From: a virus
Virus record (IMG/VR): IMGVR_UViG_3300042922_000836
Span: 73,095-137,094 of that record
Direction: 5' to 3' (one strand)
Length of the DNA stretch: 64,000 nt
How positions within the stretch are numbered: position 1 is the stretch's first letter; each line of letters begins with the position of its first letter. Shown piece after piece: positions 45,100-52,898 of this stretch. The position numbers were made by a program, and so were the translations under genes. The notes below the pieces were generated by a model that saw nothing but the letters and a program-made list of their open reading frames with translations, was not told the origin of the DNA and ran no database searches.

Positions 45100-45608
45100 A
45101 AACAACATTTTCGCCTCATCAACATATTTATACTGATTTTGAACAGTCAACCATAAGGTAGATGTTTTAAGCGAGGTATCTATCTTTGCGTATGCATCCG
45201 CAAAGTGTTGTTCAACCTCTAAATTCGGAGTCGCATATATTCTTATATATTCATCCCTTTCTTTTAAATTTCGGTACTACACGCAGTTACTTTCACTGCC
45301 CTCATCCTCTATCGGCTCGTCAGCCTCACCTCTACCTCGTACCATTTTAACCTCTTTCATTAATTTGTTTATTGATTTTAATTATTTATTCAGTAAAAGT
45401 GTTTCATAAAAATCACCCCTTTTGCTTGATAAATTTGGCGAAATCGTCATCAATATTCATCATACTACAATTCAAAACTCATTCTATAATTCATCATTTT
45501 TCCATTTAAATTAAACTACCACTTGATAACCACCCTCTTTCAATTATGTAATTTTAAAAATCTTTAATTCCTACTAATTTTTTTCATAGAAATCACCTCT
45601 TTCACTTA

Positions 45609-45637
45609 TATAACGTTTCAAACATTTAATTCCTTAC
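45609..45637 (-). promoter_or_regulatory. Promoter-like motif, copy 17
   Basis: GTAAGGAA-N15-GTTATA. Confidence 0.8.
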
Positions 45638-45741
45638 CAAGTCATAAAACCACCCCTTTAAAGAATTTTTGCATGGATTATAAAACAATCATCTTTATTT
45701 CCCAACAGATGAATACACCGTTGAATTTTGTTTTACATTTA

Positions 45742-45770
45742 TATAACGTTTGCTTTGAGTATTTCCTTAC
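45742..45770 (-). promoter_or_regulatory. Promoter-like motif, copy 18
   Basis: GTAAGGAA-N15-GTTATA. Confidence 0.8.
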
Positions 45771-45836
45771 GGTAAATTATCCGTACAATCGAAGGCTTGA
45801 AGATTTATTTCCTCAAGCCATCTCAACACCTATAAT

Positions 45837-46337
45837 TTATCTTAAAACTGAAAATTTCGTTTCATATTCAACCGAGCCATATCTTGCTCTTATTTGTTCA
45901 AGTGACATTTTATGTTTATTTTTTGTGTTGTCTTCGGGCAAATGCCATGCCCAAGCTGTTTTGTTTTTACACCATGAAAAACCTAAACTTTTCAGCTTGT
46001 CTTTATATTGTAAGGTATTACCACTTATCCAGATCCATTTACCAACGAGTTCAACCTTGCATCCACCCATAAAAATTACCGAATTTATGATTTTTTGAAA
46101 TTCTTCAGGAGTTTCGGAATTTTCGGTTTTGCTTTCATAAACCTCATTTTCTATATTACGATGAATATTCTTATATATCATAAATGCTGTTTCATATTCA
46201 GCATTTATTTGTTGCATTATTACAGTAGTATCAATATCTTTATTAAGATCAGGATGATACTTTTTTGTGAGAACACGATATAATTCTTTTACATCTTCCA
46301 AAGTTTTAACATTTACAAAATATTTCATGATAAGCAC
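45837..46337 (-). CDS. J-domain (DnaJ-like) protein
   Basis: YRVLTKKYHPDLN...MQQINAEYE J-domain with HPD motif. Confidence 0.85.
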   Translation of the reverse strand: MLIMKYFVNVKTLEDVKELYRVLTKKYHPDLNKDIDTTVIMQQINAEYETAFMIYKNIHRNIENEVYESKTENSETPEEFQKIINSVIFMGGCKVELVGKWIWISGNTLQYKDKLKSLGFSWCKNKTAWAWHLPEDNTKNKHKMSLEQIRARYGSVEYETKFSVLR

Positions 46338-46374
46338 CTCATATTAAATTTTAAATTAAATTTCCTTGCAATTA

Positions 46375-46403
46375 TATAATACTTGAATTTAAGATTTCCT
46401 TAC
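46375..46403 (-). promoter_or_regulatory. Promoter-like motif, copy 19
   Basis: GTAAGGAA-N15-ATTATA. Confidence 0.75.
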
Positions 46404-46752
46404 GCAACGATTTCAAGGACTTTCATTCGGTCAGCCAATATCCATTGACCGCCTTGTGACTCAGGTCTATCATATGTAGAAAAATTTTCAACTTCGACTT
46501 TTACCCAAACTCTCGCACAGCCATTTTTAGGATTTTTACTTAAATGTGGTGCATATGGTGTAAAGGTACAATGCCATCCTTGACGAACCGCAAAACCTTT
46601 TGTCGGAATACATTCAGACTTCAACCATTGACCAACAGGAACAACATTTTTTGCACCAATAAACAAAGCACCCAGAGTTCCGTTTTTTCTTAATTTCATC
46701 AGTTTATAAGCTATCATTTTCAAAACCAACCTTTAAATTTTAATTACACTTA

Positions 46753-46781
46753 TATAACAATTGAATTAATTGATTCCTTAC
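46753..46781 (-). promoter_or_regulatory. Promoter-like motif, copy 20
   Basis: GTAAGGAA-N15-GTTATA. Confidence 0.8.
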
Positions 46782-47089
46782 GATATATAGCAATTATTTT
46801 CGATTCTGCCTGTTTGCATGGTATACCATGACATTACAAGCACATGATTATCAGTTTCCGCAATATCAATTTTTGTAGAGCCTTCGCTACCGCAAAATAT
46901 TCCGCAAAAAGGTGTTCCATCCTCATTGACCATAGTCAAGCCATTGTTTGCCAGAATTGTCTGTACCTCGTCAACTGCGACCTCATCACGATAGATCACA
47001 TCAGACAACTGATAATTACATTTTTTTATTGCCAACTTTAAACTTCCCATAATAGTTACCTCTTTTTTAATAATTTTGTGTTACACTTA

Positions 47090-47118
47090 TATAACAACAG
47101 AAAATTAGTTTTCCTTAC
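47090..47118 (-). promoter_or_regulatory. Promoter-like motif, copy 21
   Basis: GTAAGGAA-N15-GTTATA. Confidence 0.8.
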
Positions 47119-47120
47119 GC

Positions 47121-47780
47121 AAAATTATCTGCATAATAAAAAGCATGAAAATATCATGCTCTTGATTATGTATAAAATTTGTAATAATCGGCATGTAAGG
47201 CAATAGCAATCTCTATTTACTACTGCCTTATATGGAAACTAACAGATAACTGTTTGAATTTTTCCATACTACACCGACTACCTTTTTTTCATAGATTTTA
47301 TCACATCCTTTCATTGTACTCATCCCCATGACTTATAAACCAAACTTTAAATCATTATGTAAATTTTATTTGATTTTTTTGTTTGTTTTATCACTCTTTA
47401 CTCTTGACCGCTAAGAGTAAAGACTCGCCCACTGTTGCCAGTAAGAGAGTTATCGCCATGGGTACATTTTAACGAATTTTTCCAGAAACTAAGGTTATCG
47501 TGATTCTTACCCTATAGCGGTCAAAACAAAATACTTGCAATTACTTAATTTTGTCTATAGTTCCCATAAAAGGGAGTAAGAAAGTCATTCCTTCCAAAGT
47601 TTGCCATACAGGAGATTCTGTGAAAATTTCGCCAAAATGATGATTATTTGTTTGGTACAGTATTCGCTATTACGTGGCAACCGTATTAGTACCATTTAAG
47701 CTATAAATTTTTGTAATGATTTTTTGCATAATTTAAAACACTAAATATTTTTAATATTTTAAACTACATAAAAAAACTTT
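47121..47780 (-). ncRNA. Candidate large structured non-coding RNA
   Basis: No ORF of 60 aa or more; at least six hairpins, a GNRA-capped stem with G-U pairs on the - strand, a 10-nt loop-distal complementarity; directly downstream of five tandem promoter motifs. Confidence 0.6.
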
Positions 47781-47787
47781 ACATTTA

Positions 47788-48139
47788 TATAACACTTGAA
47801 AATCATTTTTCCTTACAAGCTTTTTTTACTGATTTTTAAATGTTTATTGCTTACGATAATATAACATTTAAAAACTTAATTTCCTTACATTGAATTTTTA
47901 TTGATTTTTCCATGCAATTATATAACATTTATAATCTTAATTTCCTTACATATTGCATTTAAGGAAATTTTAAAAATATACTTTACAATTATATAACACT
48001 TATTTTTTATGATTCCTTACAGATCGTAGTGTAACACTTTTGTCACACATTTTTAACTAAAATTTACCGATTGCATATTTGAATTATTTGTAAATTAATC
48101 TTTACAATAATATAACACTTAAAAACACTGATTCCTTAC
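47788..48139 (-). repeat. Tandem stack of five promoter-like motifs (copies 22-26)
   Basis: Copies at 47788-47816, 47860-47888, 47921-47949, 47992-48020, 48111-48139; all GTAAGGAA-N15-GTTATA. Confidence 0.9.
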
Positions 48140-48167
48140 ACCTAAAATTTACCAGTAAAAATATGGT

Positions 48168-48195
48168 AAAAAATAGGAGGCATCACTGCCTCCTA
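48168..48195 (-). terminator. Intrinsic terminator of the sigma-like gene
   Basis: TAGGAGGCA-GTGA-TGCCTCCTA followed by TTTTTT on the - strand. Confidence 0.85.
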
Positions 48196-48218
48196 AATCT
48201 TACCAGTATCGTCTGGGA

Positions 48219-49607
48219 TTATTTACCAAAATGTTTTTTAACCATTTTTTGGAATTTTTCTATTAAATACCATTTTTCAAGCTTGTTACAATATATGGTA
48301 TATAAGGAAATATTATCCATATATTCAATATCACTTTCTGTGTATTCCGACTCTTGACCGACTTTTAAATTATTATACACTTCGTGAGATTCAAGCCACT
48401 TGAAATAATTTACCATATTATGGTTAAAAGCACCGTCTATCACATGGTGTATATTAAAGTTACCGTCTTTTATCGCAGTATGTGAATTTTCGAGTTTGTC
48501 AAGGAACTTTGTACCCTTTGTGACTTTTTTGTGTCCTGTCATCAATTCTTCAATAGCTTGATAATCTTTACGTCTGTATGACTTAATTGCGTCAATATCT
48601 TTAAATTTCAATGCCACTTCACGAATTCGTGACATATGACCGCTTACGGTCTTCATACTGCATCCAACTTTTTCCGCTATTGCCAGATCCTGCCAGCCAT
48701 ATGACCGATATTTTAAAATTTGTGCCTGTCTGGGAGTAATTTCCTTTAAAAAGGAATTAATTAACTCATTTTCTCCAGATTTTTCCAGTAGCCTGTCAAT
48801 CTCGGAATTGACACAAATCTGGGAATAAATACCATTTTCACCGTTCTCATCAAGTGTGTCTTCAATGTAAAGTTTTCTTGGAACATAATCAACTTTTCTG
48901 TGAAGTTTTTCTTCCTCAATTAAACTGTCAATATTTACCAGTGTAACATTTTTATCGGCAATCATGCTGGCAATCTCTTCCAGTTTAGCGGTTGAAACTT
49001 CCACTTTTTGGTGCTTTAGGATTTTTCTGGCAATAATCAAATTATTGTAAAGTTTGGTATTTTCGGTATTTTTTACCATTTTATTATTTCCGTATAAGGA
49101 ATTTTTTACCATATTACAAGCTTTTAAAAATATTGATTTCATGGTATTTTTTGCCAGTATCATATCAGCATATTCACTGGAATTTAATTCCAGTCCGTCT
49201 TTTAATTTTTGCTCCAGTTTATACCAGTAATTTAAGGTTTCAATGGGTATTTTTACCAGTTCTTCATACATTGCTAAATAGGCAATATTTACCAGATCCA
49301 TAGAGTCATTGTTGATGCTTGACAAATTTTGGAAATTATTTACCATTTTAAGGTTATGAACTGACGGATTTTTTGACATAATATATTTGCAAGAATAACA
49401 TGCACATGTCACAGAAATGTCATATAGAATTTTCATTCTTAAAAGCGGGTATTTGGTAAACTTTTCCTTAATTTCTGCATTTACTTCTGCCAAAGTTTGG
49501 TAATTTTCAGGTACTACTAAATTTTCCATATTCTGGGCGATTAAAGGGTTTTTGGAATTTTCTTCCAGTGTGAGATTCTCCGAGTAAATTTTTACAGTTT
49601 TTTCCAT
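48219..49607 (-). CDS. Putative phage-encoded alternative sigma factor (region 2-like plus region 4/LuxR HTH, long insertions and C-terminal extension)
   Basis: SMDLVNIAYLAMYEE resembles ECF region 2.2; ITPRQAQILKYRSYGWQDLAIAEKVGCSMKTVSGHMSRIRE is a sigma-4/LuxR HTH. Confidence 0.65.
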   Translation of the reverse strand: MEKTVKIYSENLTLEENSKNPLIAQNMENLVVPENYQTLAEVNAEIKEKFTKYPLLRMKILYDISVTCACYSCKYIMSKNPSVHNLKMVNNFQNLSSINNDSMDLVNIAYLAMYEELVKIPIETLNYWYKLEQKLKDGLELNSSEYADMILAKNTMKSIFLKACNMVKNSLYGNNKMVKNTENTKLYNNLIIARKILKHQKVEVSTAKLEEIASMIADKNVTLVNIDSLIEEEKLHRKVDYVPRKLYIEDTLDENGENGIYSQICVNSEIDRLLEKSGENELINSFLKEITPRQAQILKYRSYGWQDLAIAEKVGCSMKTVSGHMSRIREVALKFKDIDAIKSYRRKDYQAIEELMTGHKKVTKGTKFLDKLENSHTAIKDGNFNIHHVIDGAFNHNMVNYFKWLESHEVYNNLKVGQESEYTESDIEYMDNISLYTIYCNKLEKWYLIEKFQKMVKKHFGK

Positions 49608-49693
49608 TTTTTAGTACTTCCTTTTTTAAAATATAATTTTAGTCAAAGGTTATAATTGCATATTCAATTTTCAACTAAACCTTCGCCATGACT

Positions 49694-49722
49694 ATAGTAT
49701 CACATTAAAGTTATTAAGTCAA
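49694..49722 (-). promoter_or_regulatory. SigA promoter of the sigma-like gene
   Basis: TTGACT-17 bp-TACTAT with TG extension. Confidence 0.7.
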
Positions 49723-50330
49723 TAGGCAATTTTTACCAGTAATAATGTTTCCGATGGTAAATAATGGTATTTTTTTATAAATCACCCGAAGTCGCCTAAA
49801 ATTTACCAGTTTTTTAAATGGAAATATATGGTAATGCGACCTTTTGCTGTAAAGTCGAATTATACGGGGTATTTACCATTTTTTTAGGAGGTTTTCCGAC
49901 CGAAAATGAGGATTAGTAGGTACTTCTCATCGATCCAGTCCTTCCCAGAACCGATTGATTTGTCACTAAACAGCACTTTTCTTTCGGAAATTTCTTCGGT
50001 GCAAAGATCATCACCAATACACTTCAAACTCTCATTGTAGTCACTAAAAACCGATTTTAACAGCACACAGAAATAGCCTTGTTTTTGGCTGTTTTTCACC
50101 TCTGTTTTGTCTTGTTTTGTGCGGATTCACATTGTTTTAAAGCTGAAACCCTCATGTTTCCTGTGTTTTATCGAAGATTACAGGTGGACAGGGGGTTATT
50201 TGTCATTTATGGGGGTGTATTTTGAGCAGTAACCTACCTATTATATAGGAAGATAAAACATACAGCCAACTATAATACCCGCCTTAAATACGAACACAAG
50301 CTGTCAGGAACGGTTTTAAACGCACTCTAT

Positions 50331-50345
50331 AACGCATAAAGTAAT
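50331..50345 (+). promoter_or_regulatory. Operator-like motif
   Basis: aacg-cata-aagtaat in the divergent intergenic region. Confidence 0.55.
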
Positions 50346-50536
50346 AATGTATAAACAGCACAAATACAGTCTGAATACTCGGTCAACAACCAACCTTATA
50401 TATATGTAAAGCACTGTATCAGTTCACAGCAAAAGAAAATCCATAATCGCTGAAAGCCTTACAACATCAATGTTTATATAATGTATGTTCAACGTTGATA
50501 ATAATAATAGTTCACAAATATTTCACAAATACCCTA

Positions 50537-50565
50537 TTGACTTACCACCTATACTATGATATAAT
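50537..50565 (+). promoter_or_regulatory. SigA promoter of the recombinase gene
   Basis: TTGACT-17 bp-TATAAT with TG extension. Confidence 0.85.
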
Positions 50566-50610
50566 TATCGTGTTGAAAGTAATAACACTTACAACAAAAG
50601 GAGAATTTAT

Positions 50611-51402
50611 ATGATAAATACTTATGTTTCAGGCAATAGCACAATAACAGTTAATCCCGCTTTCAGAAGAGTAGTTGAACAGTGGAAACAGAGAAACAAA
50701 GTCGAGAAAGCCACTGTAGAGAATAACTTTCCGAAACAGGAGTTCACAGCAAAGCCTACAGCGAAATATTCTCTGTATACAACAGATGGCAGACCGAAAC
50801 CAAAGTGCGGAGATGCAATTAAAGACAAGGACACCATACAGGCAATAAAAGAAGCTCTCCTTAACTCAGGCAAATTCGGATACCGCAACTACCTTATATA
50901 TACAGTGGGCATAAATGTAGGTCGCAGAGCTGGTGACTTGCTTAAACTGAAGGTCAGTGATGTAATGTCCAAAGGAAACATAAAGTGTGAGATTGTCCAT
51001 GTCGAGGAAAAGACAGGCAAGATTATAGAGTTCTACTTTAACGATACAATCAGAAATGCAATTGCAGAATACTTGAATTCACAGCCTGACCTTAAAGCTA
51101 CAGATTACCTGTTCAAAAGCCACAAGGGTGATGGTAGGTTGACCACAAAAGCATACTGGAGAATACTTAAAGATGTACAGAACCAGTTGCAACTCACAGA
51201 TCACCTGTCAACACACAGTATGCGTAAAACCTTTGGATATCACAAGTACCAAGAATACAAAGGTCAGCAAATAGAGGGCGGGTTTGATGTGGTAGATATG
51301 TTACAGGATGCATACGGACACAGCAGTCGCAAACAGACCATGACTTATATAGGTATAAGCAAGGAAAACAAAAAGAAGTTGTATTGTGACTCTACACTAT
51401 AA
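50611..51402 (+). CDS. Tyrosine recombinase (catalytic-domain type)
   Basis: GRRAGDL (R), EEKTGK (K), HSMRKT (HxxR), GHSS (H), TMTYIG (Y). Confidence 0.92.
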   Translation: MINTYVSGNSTITVNPAFRRVVEQWKQRNKVEKATVENNFPKQEFTAKPTAKYSLYTTDGRPKPKCGDAIKDKDTIQAIKEALLNSGKFGYRNYLIYTVGINVGRRAGDLLKLKVSDVMSKGNIKCEIVHVEEKTGKIIEFYFNDTIRNAIAEYLNSQPDLKATDYLFKSHKGDGRLTTKAYWRILKDVQNQLQLTDHLSTHSMRKTFGYHKYQEYKGQQIEGGFDVVDMLQDAYGHSSRKQTMTYIGISKENKKKLYCDSTL

Positions 51403-51609
51403 TACAGGAAAGGAAGTTTGTGCATATGGTTAATACAGGTTAGAGGTTACAGGAAAAAGGACAGTGGTAGTGAAAGTGGTAACTCACAAACCAAAAAGTA
51501 AACCACAAACCAACCACAACCACACAGGTAAACCACCCGCATCCAAACCACCGTAAAAGAAAGCGGTTACATATTATCTTCTCTTATATATCTTATCTAA
51601 TAAGATAGT

Positions 51610-51680
51610 GTTTAGTGTGCGTTTTTGCACACTGGATTGAGTAGTGTACTAAGGATAGTGTGCAATTTTGTACACTAAAC
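51610..51680. repeat. Two tandem palindromes AGTGTGC-N6-GYACACT within a larger inverted repeat
   Basis: tagtgtgc-gttttt-gcacact (51613-51633) and tagtgtgc-aatttt-gtacacta (51656-51677). Confidence 0.75.
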
Positions 51681-51761
51681 GAAAAGCGATAACTAAAAAA
51701 ATTGAAAGGAAAACTTCAACTAAAACAAAAATAATTGAACAATTGAAAGGTGATTTAAAAT

Positions 51762-52892
51762 ATGATTATAAATAAAATGAAAGACAATGCAAATGCAATT
51801 TACAATAATGAAATTGAAAATGAAAATGTAAACAACAACTTAGCTTTGGCTAAACAAGAGAATTTCGGCAATACAGAATGTGACTTCTGGAAAAATGATA
51901 ATGGTCAGGTATTTATGACCAGAGATCAGATCGGACAGGCATTGGAATATAACAATCCAATGATAGCTATTTATAAAATACATGAAAGGCACAAGGAAAG
52001 ATTAGACCAATTTTCAGTATTAACCAAATTGACTAATACTGACGGAAAGTCTTATGATACCTATCTTTATTCTGCTAAAGGTGTCTATGAAATTTGCAGA
52101 TGGAGTCAACAACCCAAAGCAGATACTTTCATGAATTGGGTATGGGATGTAATTGATGGTTTAAGAACAGGAAGTTTAGGAGATGGCTATTTAAAAACTA
52201 TCAATAACACGAATGTTCAATTACAAGCGGTTGCTAAAATGATTCAGGAACTTTATAAGCAAAATTTTAATATGCAAAATGATATAAATGTCTTAAAGAA
52301 ATCATTGTTGCCGAAACCTGAATATTCCGCATGGAAGAATTCCATAAATCCCAAAATAACACAGTTGGCTGAAAAACTTCAAATCGATAAGAATAAAATT
52401 TTGAGTAGCATTTACATAGAAATAAAAAAGAGGCATTTAGTTAATTTGGAGGCATTACAGAGAATACTTTCTGAAGAAACAGGTTCTGATAAAACAACTC
52501 TTGATACAGTTGAACAATATGCAAAAGATTATTTTGAAGAAATACTTGATGAAATGCTCATTAACAATGGATTGAAAGAATTGCCAGAACCATTAAAACA
52601 GTTAGAACCGTCAGAACCTGTAAAGAATACAATTACTTTTGATGCTCTTGACCTTATTATAAATCCTCTTGTAGCAAGATATAAAGATAAATCCCCGCAT
52701 GGAATTGTAACCCGCAGAAGAATTTTTTCAAAAATGAACGTAAACTGGCATAACAGAATTACAAGATATATGAAGAAATTCAACACTGAGAAAGAGCCTA
52801 AAAAATCGGCACTTGTTTTACAAGACAAAACATTATTAAGTGAATTTAAGAAAGCAGTTAAAATATTATCAAATGAAAGTGTTCCTGTATAA
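51762..52892 (+). CDS. Bro-N domain protein
   Basis: FMTRDQIGQALEY...IHERHKERL...YSAKGVYEICRWSQQPKADTFMNWV. Confidence 0.8.
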   Translation: MIINKMKDNANAIYNNEIENENVNNNLALAKQENFGNTECDFWKNDNGQVFMTRDQIGQALEYNNPMIAIYKIHERHKERLDQFSVLTKLTNTDGKSYDTYLYSAKGVYEICRWSQQPKADTFMNWVWDVIDGLRTGSLGDGYLKTINNTNVQLQAVAKMIQELYKQNFNMQNDINVLKKSLLPKPEYSAWKNSINPKITQLAEKLQIDKNKILSSIYIEIKKRHLVNLEALQRILSEETGSDKTTLDTVEQYAKDYFEEILDEMLINNGLKELPEPLKQLEPSEPVKNTITFDALDLIINPLVARYKDKSPHGIVTRRRIFSKMNVNWHNRITRYMKKFNTEKEPKKSALVLQDKTLLSEFKKAVKILSNESVPV

Positions 52893-52898
52893 TTAATA

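Larger units (their letters stand above)
38816..47050 (-). other. Array of small genes, mostly one or two per promoter-like motif
   Basis: About 20 ORFs of 68-166 aa with RBSs, separated by motif copies. Confidence 0.7.

Noticed and set aside
45270-45325. Second hammerhead (CUGACGA...GAAA on the - strand) or lysine riboswitch (AGGUAGAGG)
   Set aside because: Stem II does not abut GAAA, stems I and III cannot be formed, and the remaining lysine-riboswitch motifs are absent.
47788-48139. CRISPR array
   Set aside because: The repeat has a variable 15-nt core, the period is irregular (61-119 bp), the same motif is dispersed upstream of genes, and there is no cas operon.
1185-48357. + strand ORFs in the track opposite the - strand genes (e.g. 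1189-1737, 18181-18534, 26367-26750, 45673-46098)
   Set aside because: Antisense shadows with no RBS or recognisable motifs.
27238-51402. Classical integron (intI plus attC array)
   Set aside because: Motifs lack attC inverted-repeat structure and GTTRRRY cores, and the recombinase shows no IntI-specific insertion; only the cassette-like layout is kept as a finding.
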